Origin: Felis catus
Lineage: Eukaryota
Reading direction: 5' to 3'
DNA: 64,000 nt
Assembly: GCF_018350175.1 (NCBI RefSeq)
Contig: NC_058369.1
Span: 1,116,001-1,180,000, forward strand
Shown: positions 1-12,965 of the stretch, in pieces
Layout of the letters: every line of letters begins with the position of its first letter
How positions within the stretch are numbered: the stretch's first letter is position 1
The notes under the pieces: model-generated
Database searches by the model: none
Seen by the model: only the letters and a program-made list of their open reading frames with translations
Told to the model about the DNA's origin: nothing
Position numbers and translations under genes: made by a program

Positions 1-3000
1 ACAGAAGATTCCAGGTCTTTCACTGCACTGTCTCCCAGTCCCAACCAGGGATTACCATCTCCCCACCCCCATGCCCACCCCTGTTTCCAGCCGCCAGGCA
101 AACTTCTACTCACCCTTCAAAACCCAGTCGTCAACCACTTGCTTGGGGATACCCGCCCGATGTCCCTGCAACCCCCAGTTCCCCAGACCCCAGCCCCTAT
201 CTGTGCTGGACACCAATCCTTTGCTTCCACGGTGCCCCATCCTGGTCCCCAGGTATGTACTGAATTCAGATCCATCCGGAAGAGCCCTTGCAGGGTCCTG
301 GGGCTAGCTCCTGATTTTACAGAAGACACCCGAGACCCAGATATACCTGCGTGTGTACGCACGTGTCCAGGCTAAGCCCCACCCCCAGAGCTGGGCCCCC
401 CATCAGCCTCCCACCCTGTTCTCCAGCAAACTACAGCAACAAGCAGGATCCCCCAGGTGCTCCACGTGGCCGTTTCCAGAAACCTGCAGCGCCCGGGGGG
501 CCGCCAGACCAGAGGCCCTCACACGGCAAGCACACGTGCCCGCTTCCTCAAAAGGCACAAGCCAACAGCAGAAACTCTGGAGGACGCAGCTATCGCGAAG
601 GAGGAGAGCGGTGGCCAGGAGACGTCTCCCTGATTCCCCGGCAGTCCGCCCGGGGGGCTCCAGGCTCCGGTGAGCCCCATGCCTCCTACCCGCTGTCCAT
701 TTCCTTCTTAGCGCCCGGCTGTCTGTCGTGCACCACATCACACCGACCAGTCTGCCCACTGCCCACGCACGCGGAGCAGAAAGAATCCCCGTGCGCACAC
801 CCCTCGACAGCCCCAAGGATTGTTCTGCAAAGGGGATAGGGGCTGCAGAGGGGAGAACGTTCCCGCGGCTCTGTCCACCGAGGGCCCGTGTCATTACTCG
901 CTTCACGGAAGGGATAACTGAGGCCCAGGCGGTACCGCTGACCTGCTGGAGGCCCCCTGCCAGACGGGCTCTCTGCACAACAGAAAGCGGAGCCAGGAAT
1001 GCCCTCATTCGGGGCCACGCACCCCCGCCTTGGCCGCACCTCCTCCCCGAAGCCCCTGGAGAGCCCCCCGCAGCCAGCCCCACGCGGGGGCTGGGTGCTC
1101 AGCACCGCGGGGAGGGGCGCCCCCACCCGCTCCACGAACGGGTGGAGCTCCTCCAAACCGACAACCACGGACCTCCCCAGACACCACTCCGAGTCCCCTG
1201 GGGGCAGGGTCACAGGGCCATAAACAGCTTTATGTGCAGACACAGCGATAGGTGTGTGGCTCCAGACCGGCTCGGGGCATGAAGGCAGGTTTTTTAAGGC
1301 TCCTCGGGCATCCAGAGGACTGCCAGGTGTGGAAAGCTGGGGACTCGGTCCCAGGACGGCCCCTCTCCTCACCGGGGCAGCGGAGCCTCGGAAGACACGA
1401 TCCGACGTCACCAGTGCAGCAGGGTCACAGCCACACGAAAGGACAGCAGGCCTCCTCCAGCTCAGGCCAGGAGGCACGGATTTGCAGCAATTTCCACGTG
1501 TTTCTTCGGATTTGGGGGATCGTCCAATGTTTTTAAAACAAACGTTACCCAAGTCCTGAAAAGAAGTGCTTTGAACAGAGGTAACGCGCAGGCTTCACCG
1601 GCTGGGACTCTGCCCCTGAAACCACAGGCAGGGCGCGCCCGGGGGCCCAGAAAACCCCCACATCTCTCCTCTAATGCCATCCTCACAGAAAACCAGCAAC
1701 GGCACAGCAGAAGCACCACCAAGGGTACCAACGGCTTCTCCCGTGGGAGGCCTGCGCGGCTGGGCCCCTGGGGGCTGCGGCATCTGGGGAGCGGCAGGGG
1801 CTGAAGTTGAAAAACAAAGTAAAGTGGCTGCAGTGAGAGTCAGCCTATGACCAAGGGATACGGGGTGACACCGGGGAACGTCTGTTGTCACTGCGGCCGG
1901 GGTAGGGGCGTCACGACCGGGGGCGCCCAGCACACCCCCCACGGCAGGCCTGGCCCCGAGGACGGGGGACTACTATTCCTCCAACCAGCTTGAGAGCTCC
2001 CACCCAGACCCCGCAGGACGCCCAGCTCAAGCCCACGTGCCCACCAGCGAGCAAACGGTGCAGGGTCCTTGCTCGGCCCGGCCAGGCCTCCAGACACCAG
2101 GCTCTGCCGGGGTTCTCCCGCGGCCTCAGGGCACAGAAACGCTCACAGTGCTGACGGGCCGGACGCAGGAAAGCACACTTCCGTGGTGGGGGAGTCGCCC
2201 CCTGAAACCCACCGGCACCCCGCCCACAGAGGAAGCAGCAGAGGGGCAGCGTGGCCACGCCTCCGGGGCTGCCTGTTCGTTGAGGCCGTGCCCTTCCTGT
2301 CCCGAGTCCGCTCGCGGAGGAAACAGAACCCACCCTCTGCTGGGAGGCCCTATTTCTCTGGCTCCAGCCCCCTCCTCTGCAGGACTCTGTGGGCTCAGAG
2401 CTGCCCTACAGAAGCGGTGCTCGCTCTCGGGGCTCCAGACCACGCAGGGCCTTCAAGGGCCTAAATGTGAAGCCCAGGGGCAGGGCTGCCCCGAGAGCCG
2501 CCACCCCTGCCACGGCCGTGACCGCTCCTGCCTTCCAGCCTGTCCTCGGGTTTCGTGTTCAGATGTCACAATTCTGTGTCTCCCAAGACTCGCTGTGACC
2601 TGCCGGCCCCAGGGCAGAGCGCAGAGCGCTGAGCCTGACACACAGTGGGTGCCCAGGCGGGTGCGAGACACGCAGGTGCTGGGCAGCAGAAACTGGAGGA
2701 AGGTGGTGCGTGGGGCGAGGGCCTGACTGCCCAAACTCAATCCCATAACCCCACTTACCGGCCACGTGCACACAGGAGAGTGGCTTCCCATCTCTGGGCC
2801 TCAGTTTCCTCATCTGTAAAACGGGGACAATCATCCCTACCATTCAGAGTCATAGAGAGCCTGCCCAAGTGCGTGCTGCCGAAACTGGGCAAGATCACAC
2901 CGAAGTTCGGAGGTGGGGATCCTGAATCCCACACTGGGAGGCACGGGGCTGGAGCTGAAGGTCTGGAAGGAACAGGATCCCTGCCCCGGCCCCTCACGGG

Positions 3001-4849
3001 CCTCAGACTCTGCCAAAAGTCTCAGGCGCCCAGCGGCCCAAGACTGGAGGTGCTGGGCCTCACGGGGACCCCAACGCCCCACCTGCAGGCTGCGTCCACC
3101 AAGCACCTTAGCAACGCTGTTGCTTAAAAATGAGACCAAGCAAAGCTGGCCCAGCCCGCCCTGGCAAGAGCGCCTCCCTGTGCACATCTGGACCGCTGCG
3201 GCCTCTTCCGACCCATAGGAAACTGAGCTTGTCAAAATCTGGAGCAGGGGGAAGCTGAAAGGGAGGGAAAGGACTAGGCACACACTCTCCCCTGGCGTCC
3301 TCAGAGGGCAGCGACCCCAGAAGCATGCCACGGAGAAGGAAACAGGGTCAGAGAGGCTGCACGGCAAGGAAGAGGCTGAGCTGGGATTTGGCCCTGCCCC
3401 TCTGCAGGAGAGGCGGCGCTACCAGAAAGCAGGCCTTCCCTCCCCTCCCTCCCCTCTCTCCCCTCCCTCCCTTCCCTGCAAAAAGGAAATGCAGACCCAC
3501 CATGGAAAGGGGTAGACAGCTGCATTTTTCCCCTATAGCAAGTGGGGCCACAGGACTTCCTCACCAAACAGCTCCTAGAAATGATCCTTCAGGAAACTAA
3601 CTGGCCACTCTTGACGTAGAAAGAAATCTGAAAAGTGACTTACCACGGGAGGGACACACGAGGACAGAAATCAACACCCCAGAACGGAAGGCTGGAAGGC
3701 AACATGCAGACTTGGGGCCAAGTCAGAACGTCAGGGGCAAAAGGGAGCGGGCCGGCCCTCTCTGGACTCACCCAGAGGAACCCAAAACCCAGGGGGCTCT
3801 TTGCAAAGCAATGCGTACGACACCAAGAGGCAAACAAACGGAGTCAAGAAACCGCGTCTCCACACGTGAGCTGGGCGCTGACTCCCAGATGCCTCCAACG
3901 TGCTGTCCGCCACCTTCCTGGCCCCCACGAGAGACGGGAGTGATAATGACCCGATGCTGAGGTACCAGGGGGCGCCTCTGTTTTGTCTTCTCAACTGCAG
4001 GTTCCTGACGGCCGCGCCCGTGGCTCGCGGCTCTGAATGCCCCGTGCCCAGAACAGGTGGGGAGCCAGACAACGAACGCTCGCATCTGGCTGTCTGCAAG
4101 CCGTCAGCTGCAGGTGCGGGGGGCTAAACAAACTCGTGCGAGAAATTTAAAAAACCCTACTATTCTTTCCTTGGCAAAATGGGAAAACAGACCTATTATT
4201 TAATCCCAGCCGGCGCACTCCTCTTTCGAAGACGGTTCTGAAATAAAAAACACTGTTCCTGGGGAAAGACAGAGAGGGAATTTGAAACTGAGGCTGAATG
4301 AGGAAGTCTGGGTCTGATGGAAAGGGAGAGCCAGTCCTGAAGGACAGAGATCACCAGCGGGAGCCTGAGTTTCCCTCAGAAGGAATGACACCACTTAATC
4401 CTCCCTCCAAGCCTTTCCCTGTGATGTCCTCCTTGCCCCCACCCCTCCCGGTTCTTAAAGTCTCCGCTGAAATCCCACACCTCCTACAAGAAGCGCTCCC
4501 AGCTTTCACCAAACTCTGCCATGACAATGGCAATCACCGCGAGGATACGACGTGCAGCCCGCTAACATTCTCTGCCCCACCAAAAGAAGGTAATTTCCTG
4601 GGAGCCTATCCGCCCTCCCGTCCCAGTCCCTCGGGTTTGGCTTACTCCCTGTCCAGCTGCGTCGGACACAGGGCTCGACACACAGTAGGTGCTCCTAAGA
4701 CCCTCCCGACCCCACTACTGGAGGCGCGGAGGGGGAACGCAACGCAGCAGCAGACAAGAGCTGCCACAGCACCTGGGGTTGGGGGCGCGGCGGGGACGGT
4801 CACCCCAGCGAGAAACTCGGGTGCGAGTAAAGGCAGGGGGAGTCCTGGG

Positions 4850-5760
4850 CCTGCGGACCAGTGTCACCCGCACTCGTTTCCCGAGCCCCGTGCTCAGCGT
4901 TCGGCCTGCGCTAGCTCACTGCACCCTCGCGACAGCTCTAGGACGGCATGCCCCCTCACGGTTACACCGTACGCTCATGGAAACGGAGGCTCGCACAGAT
5001 CCCGCGACTCGCACCGGGCCCCGGGGTGGGTGGTCCCGGTCCCGGCTGGCGAGACGACGCCCACCAGCGTCCGGAGAGGGGTCTGGGCCGAGAACGGAGG
5101 AGCCAGGAAAGTCCCAGCCGCGGAGTCTAGCCCCGTGGTCGGGGAGCCAAGCCCAGGTCGGGCATTACCTGCCGCGGGGGGCGCCGCTCCACCGCCGACC
5201 AGCGCGCCGGGGCCCCGGGCCCCGCGGTGCCGGAAGTGGCAGTAGGGCCGCCGGCAGGGCCCCCCGGGCGCCCCAGCCCAGTAGGGGCAGTCGATGGCCC
5301 GGAAGAAACCGGTGGAGCGTAGCATGGTCCGTCCCGAAGCGGGACCCCGGCCCGGAGCCGCCCGGGCCCCCGGGCCGCTCACTGGCGCCGCGGTCGCCGC
5401 CGCCCGCGCCTCACGGACCCCGCTGCCGCCATCTTGCTCCGAGGCCCCCGCAGGCCCCCGGGACGCCGCCGCAAGGGACCCCGGGAGCGGCTGCCCGCGG
5501 CGCGCCTGATCAGAAACTCCAGCCCTCGAGGAACCGAGGCGCTTCGCGGACCCGTGGGCAGGGACAGGTGGCCGCGGGGGGAGGGACGGAGGGTGCGGGC
5601 GGCCCCGCCTGCGGCCTCCAGGGGCTTCGCCGGCGCCGCCGCCCGGCCCTGAGCTATGGCAGCAAAGCCATCTTGAGCCCGAGGCCCCGACGGCGCCTGG
5701 GCTGTCTACTGCGCGCCTGATCAAAAAAAAAACAACAACAACAACGAAGTCCGTCAGGAC
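4850..5760 (-). promoter_or_regulatory. REXO1: REXO1 CpG-island promoter / 5'UTR
   Basis: Very CpG-dense. YY1-type motifs GCCGCCATCTTG (~5425-5436) and GCCATCTTG (5667-5675). Confidence 0.8.
5169..5325 (-). CDS. REXO1: REXO1 (RNA exonuclease 1 homolog / Elongin A-binding protein 1) coding exon 1; the rest of the gene lies left of the window
   Basis: Translates [52 protein letters not shown](G), matching the recalled REXO1 N-terminus. 157 nt ending at donor CAG|GTAATG (phase 1). Lies in a CpG island next to KLF16, as on human 19p13.3. Confidence 0.93.
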
Positions 5761-6192
5761 CAGCTGTCATGCATTTGCTATTAATTTGCGTTTTAGGAAC
5801 ACGTTGCCCTGAAGTGCCCCCTGCCGGACGAGGCGAGCCCTACAGGCGCGTCTTGTGCCTGGGAACCTGCTCCGTTTACCCCTAAAGCTTACCTCCGCCC
5901 TGGTGTGCAGCTGACTTGAGTCAATGAGTGCTTCCTTTCTCCCCGCTGGACTCTTGTCCCGGACCCACAAGAATCCCGTTCTCACTCATTCATGTGTTCA
6001 CATAAAATTGCGTGCCTAGTGTATACCAAGATCTACCCTAGATGCTACCTTGACCTGGACAAATGAGGGATATGGTGTGGAGGGGAGGGTCCCTGGAGCC
6101 TGGAGGGTTAGGCCAACATCTTAATGAAAAATTGTAAGAATGCGGCGCCTGGCTGGCTCAGTCGGTGGAGCGAGTGACTCTTGATCTCAGGG

Positions 6193-6326
6193 NNNNNNNN
6201 NNNNNNNNNNNNNNNNNNNNNNNNNNNNNNNNNNNNNNNNNNNNNNNNNNNNNNNNNNNNNNNNNNNNNNNNNNNNNNNNNNNNNNNNNNNNNNNNNNNN
6301 NNNNNNNNNNNNNNNNNNNNNNNNNN
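6193..6326. other. Assembly gap (N run) interrupting a SINE
   Basis: Run of N. Confidence 1.
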
Positions 6327-6359
6327 ATATATGTAAACATATTTATAATCCATACTATG

Positions 6360-6990
6360 TATGTTGGTGGGATTATAAAATGGTGCGGCCAAAATAGTAT
6401 GGTCGTTCCTCAAAAAGTTTAAAAGGGAGCTACCCTATGATACAGCAATCTCACTTCGGGTTGTATATCCAAAAGAATGGGAAGAAGGGTCCCGAAGAGG
6501 TATTTGTACACCCCTGTTCACAGCAGCATAATTCACAACAGCCAAGAGATGGGAACAGCCCTTATCTCTCAACGGGTGAGTGGGTACACAAAATGTGGAT
6601 TGTCCATGTAATGAAGTGTTGTTATTCAGCCTGAAGAAGAAAGGACGTCCTGCCACCTGCCACCACGTGGACGGACCCGGAGGACACTGTGCGCAGTGAC
6701 AGAAGCCAGACACAGAAGGGCAACATCCTGTGTGGCCCAACTCACAGGGGGTCCCTGGAGGAGCCCCGTCCACAGAGACAGAGTAGATGGTGGGAGCCCA
6801 GGAGAGGCCAGGGGACAGGGAGTCGGTGCTTCATGGGGACTGAGTCTCAGTTTGGGGAGGTGGAAAGTTCTGGAGATGGATGGTGGGGGTGGCTGCACAG
6901 CAGTGTGCGTTTGCTTAATGCCAGTGAACTGTACTCTCACAAGTGGTTAAAAGGGAACGTTTTGTTATGTATTTTTACCGCAATTACAAA
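6360..6990 (+). mobile_element. L1M (L1MB-like) 3' end fragment with GC-enriched core
   Basis: Diagnostic segments: 'ctatgatacagcaatctcacttcgggttgtatatccaaaagaat', 'cacagcagcataattcacaacagccaagagatggga', 'agtgacagaagccagacacagaagg', 'aaagttctggagatggatggtgg'. Confidence 0.8.
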
Positions 6991-7789
6991 TTAATTGACT
7001 AAGAAGGACAGTAATGGAGGGCAGGTGGGGTGGAGAGAGTCAGAGATGACTCTCCAGAGGACACGATCTGATTTTTGTCCGAAGTCTGTCTGGTGGCTGG
7101 TCAGTGGGCCCTGAAGGTGGAGAGCCCTTGCCTCTTCGGCCATATCACCGAGAGCCCCTGGTTTCCAAGGCAGTAAGCGTTGACAGCGGAGGGTGCACGG
7201 AATATTGCGGGGGGGATTCTGAGCACAGACACTCTTTCTTGAGCAAGTGTCCAGGCAAGAGGCAGCCTGCGGCTGTGAATGTGTGAGGGTGCTTGTTGTC
7301 CAAACCAAGAGGGCAATGGGGAGCCATAAAGGGTTGGGAGCCACGGAGGAGGATGAAGTGGGGTTTCTCCAATTAACAACCACATTTCTCCCCGAGGGTC
7401 TCCCGCCACGGCAGCCTCACAACATTTTCTATCCCCGACAGCGAACAAATTTTTTTCACATCTGCCTCCTCCCACCCTTCATCGGACTAAGGGAACCTCG
7501 GGGCCAAGGCCCGTGACCACAGGACCCGGCTGGACACAGGACCTAAACACACATCTGTAACATGGATCAATGAATGTTCAAGGAAGGAATGTGTCCTCAG
7601 TTCTAGGCGGGTGCGGAAAACCGCATGTGATGTGTGCTAACTGGGATAAGACTTTAGTGAGTGAAAACAAGAAATGCGGGCAGGGGTGGATGGGACAACA
7701 GGGCATCTTGGACAAATTCTTCCCCGCTTCGTTCCCCTTTTATATTTAGGGGAAGTTCACATTAACAAAACTAATCATTTTATTTTATT

Positions 7790-8120
7790 TTTTAAGACTT
7801 TATTGTTAAGTAACCTCTACCCCTCACATGGGGCTTGAACTTATGACTCTGAGGTCAAGAATCACATGCTCTACCAACTGAGCCACCCAGGTGCCCCCCA
7901 AATTAATCATTTTAAAAGTGAAAATTCAGCACCTGGGTGGCTCAGTCAGTTAGGCATCCGACTTCAGCTCAGGTCATGATCTCACGGTTTGCGAGTCTGA
8001 GCCCCGCATCAAGTTCTCTGCTGACAGCATGGAGCCTGCTTGGGATTTTCGGTCTCTCCCTCTCTCTTTGCCCCGCCTGCATTGGCATTTTCTCTCTCTC
8101 TTAAAAATAAACATTAAAAA
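7790..8120. mobile_element. Two CAN-SINEs (minus ~7790-7898, plus ~7929-8120) inserted in an L1M fragment
   Basis: tRNA-derived head 'cctgggtggctcagtcagtt', (CT)n region and A-rich tail. Confidence 0.85.
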
Positions 8121-8149
8121 ATTACCAAAAAGATAATTACTTGATTTTA

Positions 8150-8560
8150 AAAAGTGAGAATTCAGGGGCATTTGGTACATTCACTGTTCTGTGCAACCAT
8201 CACCTCTGTGTAATTCCAGAATATTCTGAAACCAAAAAGAAACCCCGTCTCCATCAGCCATCATCTCCCCCAGCACGCCCTCCTCCTCCCCGGTCCCCCC
8301 GAGCCCCCCCTCCTGGCCGTGGACGAGCCCGTTCTGGACGTTTCACACACGAGGACTCACACCCCGTGTGGCCTCTCGCGTCTGGTTCCCTCCCTGAGCG
8401 TCGTGTGGTCAGAGTCTGTCCCGCGGCGCGCCTGTGTTCGGGGTCCCGTCCGCGGGGCGCCGGGTGTGGGCACCTCCCTCGTGCTCCCGGCCGTGGGATG
8501 TGCGCGTGCGCGGTGGCCACGGTCATGTCCGCTCACCTGTCAAGGGCACCTGGCTGCCGC
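8150..8560 (-). mobile_element. L1M (L1MB-like) 3' end fragment, GC-rewritten
   Basis: 'attcaggggcatttggtacattcactgttctgtgcaaccatcacctctg' followed by a GC-rich version of the 'ctatggatttgcctattctggacatttcatataaatgg' segment. Confidence 0.75.
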
Positions 8561-8934
8561 GTCTCTGGGCGTTGTGCTCTGTGCTGCTGTGCAGCGTGTG
8601 TTTGTTTTCAATGTGCGTGTTTGGGGACTAGGTTTTTTGAGTGCTGTACTAGTTTTTCAAACGATATAAATCTGTTGCCGCCCATGTTTAAAACTTGGGG
8701 AGACGTTACCTAAAAGCTGCCGTCCCAGCCTCTGTATGAACAGTTGGCCACCCTTGGGTCCAGCGGCCACCTGGGGCCCCGAGGCCCCTCATGCAGGGGT
8801 CTCTCAACACCTGTCATCTCCAATAACAGAAGGGTGAGCCCCTGAGAGTGGTCTGACGGCGCGTGCGAGGTGAAGCGAGGGCCCCCCTCTGCGAGAGCCC
8901 GCCTGGTCTCCATCCACGCCCGAGGATGGCCTTG

Positions 8935-9700
8935 GTCATCCATTCAGCAAATATTCACCGAGTACCTACTATATGCCAGACACAGTGCTAGAAACATCGG
9001 TGAACGAGGCAGAGATCCCGACCCTGGTGGGAGTAGTGTTCTCAATGGGGGAGACAGACAATTGGAAATAAGTAAATGATATAGCATGATTTAAGTGCTA
9101 TGGGGGGGGGGGGGCGGGGGGAGTAGAACAGGGTAGGGGACTAAGAGGTGGTCCGTGTAGTCCTCTGAGGACGGTGGGATATGAACAGTTCTAAAGAGGG
9201 GGAAGGGTATTCCAGGCAGCAGGCACAGTCTGTGCAAAGGCCCTGGGGGCAGTACCAGGCCTGCGTGTTGGAGGAACCGAGGGGAGGTCCGCGGGGCTGG
9301 AGCAGAGTGGGCAAGCGGGAAACACGGGGGAATGGAAGGGATGCAGGGGATGGGGGCAGGTCGCACAGGGCCTTGGGGACTTCCGTGAGGACTTAGGCTT
9401 TCACGGAGGGAGGTGGGAGCCTCCGAGGGCTGCAGGCATTAGGGGGTGGGACCTGACTCGGGTGCTCACCACCGTCCTCTGGTGGCCGCTGAGGGGAGGG
9501 CGGACGGGGGCGGGGCGACGGTGGGACCAAGCGACCCCGGGGACCAGGGTGGGGGAGACTGCCTGAGGAGACGAGGTGGTGGACTGGGTGGACGCCAGGA
9601 CCGGGAACAAGTGGGCAGATTTCGGATCTGAAAACTCCGGGGAGATTTCCTGACGGAAATGGGTGTGGTAGTCAGACTGAGTCAAGGTCAAGGATTTGGG
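8935..9700 (-). mobile_element. L2 LINE 3' fragment
   Basis: 'cattcagcaaatattcaccgagtacctactatatgccagacacagtgctag', 'tgtgcaaaggccctgggg' and 'gagtcaaggtcaaggatttgggcct' are typical antisense L2 segments. Confidence 0.7.
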
Positions 9701-10189
9701 CCTCCGCACCAGGAAACATGGGGGTACCAGTGCCCGAGGTGGGGATGGGACTGGGCGGCCTGGGGGTGAGAGTTGGCACCTTCAGGGTCTGGAGTTGAGG
9801 GTGAGGGCCTGGTGTCGGACCAGGGAGTATCGTCTGCACACAGGGGAGGTGAGCGTACAAGAAGCAAGGCCAGAGGGGAACATTAGCCTGGGGTGGGGGG
9901 GCATGGGGGAGGGTCAGGGGTCCCCGAAGCCGCATGACCAGGGAGTGTCGAGAAGGCAGGAGGGGGACACCTTCGAGCTGTTCGGAGCACGTGGGATGGT
10001 GTCCAAGAGAGACTGGAGGCAGGGGCTGCGTTCCCCGAATTCCAGGAACTCTGCGCAAAGGGGCAGAAAGGCCAGAAGAGCTGGAGAGGGACAGTGGGAC
10101 AGGGGTCCAAGGAGCAACGTCGGCGGCCCTGCGGGGCAGAAGCCAGTAGAAAGGGGGACAAAGTGAAGCAGGAGCCAGGGGGATGCAAC

Positions 10190-10830
10190 AAGGAGGCCGA
10201 CCTCGAGAAAGGGCGAGGGCCCCGCGCCCAGGTTGAGGGCCACCGGCGCGGCCGCCAGGGCCGGACCCCGGACCCCGAGGAGGGCGCGGCGGGAGCCGGC
10301 GGTGCAATGACAGGGGCGGCCGCCAGAGGGCGCAGCCTCCGCCTTCCCCGGGGACGGACTCCGGGGAGGCCCTGGGGAGGGTCTGGCTCCCCGCCCAAGC
10401 CACACCCGCCCTCGGGGCTCGGGAGACCGCTGGAATCTGGGTGTCTATCGCCTAGGAAGGGGTCCGAGACCCTCATCGGCTTCTCGGTGCTCCCGGGGAC
10501 GCCAAGCCCTCACCAAGGGCCCCCCCCCCCGCCTCCAGTCGGGAGCTGGCACACGGCCGGCGTGCGGAACGTGGGCAGCCCCCTGGGCACAGGGGCCAGG
10601 CGGGGCACAGACAGCGGGGGCGGGGGACCCTCTGGGGAGGAGCCCTGTCACGCCCACGAGCAGCCCCAGCGGCGCAGGCTCCCCTGCCGCCCGGCTCCCG
10701 GTGCCGGAAGGGGGCGGGCGCGGGACGCCCCCGGGCGCCGTGTCACCGCGCCTCGGTTGCCGGGTAACCGAGCGGGAAGGAGGGGGGCGCAGCTGCGAGA
10801 GGCGTGGGTGACACGGGACGGCAGCGCGCT
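10190..10830. promoter_or_regulatory. Intergenic CpG island with CTCF consensus and RFX X-box
   Basis: CCGCCAGAGGGCGC at 10320-10333 fits CTCF core CCRSYAGRKGGCRS; GTTGCCGGGTAAC at 10756-10768 is X-box-like. Confidence 0.6.
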
Positions 10831-11060
10831 CTGCTTCCAGCAGCCCCCTCCCCAGGCCTTAGGGCTGAGGGGGCGTCATCCCAAGCCCCCACCAGGTCCC
10901 TAGATTCAGGGCCCCACTGCCTCACTTTCTGCAGCGGGACGCTGGTGACCTGGGGGCTACCCTGTTGCGTGGGACACAGAGACTCAGAGAGTTCTCCGGC
11001 TGAAGGCCAGAGGTGAGAAAGACCACACAGTCACCAGAGTCGGGTTTAAAAAAGGGCTTG

Positions 11061-11066
11061 TTTAAT
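11061..11066 (-). terminator. KLF16: KLF16 polyadenylation signal (ATTAAA)
   Basis: Minus strand reads TGTATTTA-ATTAAA, with an upstream UGUA and a downstream GU-rich tract (GGTGACTGTGTGGTCTTTCT). Gives a ~1.9 kb 3'UTR, similar to human. Confidence 0.7.
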
Positions 11067-12965
11067 TAAATACAAGGAAAAGGCCAGGCAGGGCAGGGTA
11101 AGGTGGGGGGGGGGGGGGCGCCACCTGACAGCACGAGTCCCTTGGGGCCCTCCCCTTGAGATGCCACAGCGAAGTGGCTGGAACCAGGTCCCAGTGACCT
11201 CCAGCTCCTTGGGGGAGGAGGGGCACAGGTCTGGCCAGACCCCTGGACACGGGAGAGGGGCCAGGGACGCGTCCTCGGCCTCCTGGGCCCTCAGACCCAC
11301 ACTTCACGTCCTGTGGACAGGCACCAGCCAGGGATGGGACAATCAGGAGGACGTCCATAAAGACATAAAGGAAAATGGGACCCCAGCCTGCCCCCACAGA
11401 CTAAGGCATCTCAGCAACACTGCTGGCAGGGAGGGTTTAAGGGCACGAATGGGCCAGCCCTGCCAAGATCTGCCCAGAGACTGGGCCCGAAGACCCTTCC
11501 CAGCCCAGCTCCAAAGGGCTTCCCTGGCCTCCTCCCCAGGACCCCAGGCACCCACCCCCTGATCCTGCCAAGGCAGGTCCAGTCCACACCGCCATCCAGA
11601 TCCCCAGCCCCCAGTGGGGAGACAGAAGGGTTCTGGAACACACATGGGTGCCAAAAACCTCCTGCAGCCAACAGTGGGCGATAGGTCCTTTCAGGGTCTT
11701 GGGACAGGGACCCTGGGTCTGTCCCATTCTAGGGCACGGCCCTCAGTCCCTACCCAAAATGAAATCCAACCGAAGCCACAGTGGGAAGACACCAGGAGGG
11801 GTCATGGCGCTTACCCCTCCCTACCATAAGTAGGGATCATACAGACCTTCCCCCCCAACACCCACACCCCCTGAGGACAATGGACCACCCATGGGGCCCA
11901 GATCAAGAAAGGGATTGGCGCCTGAAAAAATATTCTATCCGGTCCAAAAAAGCGAGCTATCCCATGGGGTTCAGGGGTCAGCCCTCATGCTTCCTGCCCT
12001 TGCAAAGCAGGACCTCAACCTCTGGTCCAGGGGCACCTGCAGGGAAGGGCTGCCCGATGCTCAATGACTGTCATGGTCCCAAACAGGAGGGATTGATTGT
12101 CATGTGATGCTATGGAAGGCCAATGCTGGGGACTCTACCCCGAAGGGAGCAGTCCTCACTCACACACTCACACACCCACCCAGAGGGGGGCCGCTCACTG
12201 CCCCCCTCCTTCCTACCAGCAGAGACAGAGGAAAATAAATAAGCAGGCATCTGCCCCAGCCCGTGTTATCCACCTTCCCCAAACGAGAGTCAAAATGCTC
12301 TTTGGAAGAACCCCTTTCTCTCCCTCCCTACCCCAGTTTTAGGAGCAAAACCTGGACCCTACTGCCTCCCCCCTCCCGGCCTCCCCCTTCCCCATCCTGC
12401 CCCCACTGCTGGGGAGCCGGGTGGCAGGGCAGAATCTGTGGACACCTGAGATTGAATACCCGGATGGGGGCGGCTGGAGCCGCACCCCAATTCCCTGAAC
12501 GTCTCCAATGGCTTTCAGTGGGGTGGGGGGCCCCGGGCGGGGTGGGGGTGGGGCCGCGGGAACCCCCGGTTCGTCTATGGCTCTTTGCACACATCATCCC
12601 AACCTGGAGAGGAGGGCTGGGGGGCCAAGTCTGAGCACTGGTTACGTGCCCCTTTCCTGGGCCGCTCCCCCCAGACCCACCCTCTCCGAAGCAGGGAGGC
12701 GGCGATGGGGGGAGGGGAGCGCCGGCCGGCTGCCCACCTGGGGTTCCTGTTTAACACATAGGAAGAGAGTTATCCGACATGGCTATTTACACACACGGGG
12801 CCCCAGCCACCCCTCCTAAGGGCCGCCACCCCCCCCACCCCCCCAGTGTCGGGGACACCGGCTGTCGGTCCGTGGCCCGCCCCGGGCTGTGGACAGCAGG
12901 CGTTTTGCTGGTGCTCCAGGCCCAGGCCCAGCAGGGGTGCGGCAGGGTGGGCTGGACTAGGGCCC

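Noticed and set aside
4298-5724. Long ORFs over the REXO1 promoter (315, 343, 249 aa)
   Set aside because: Low-complexity GC-rich ORFs; only 5169-5325 matches a known protein.
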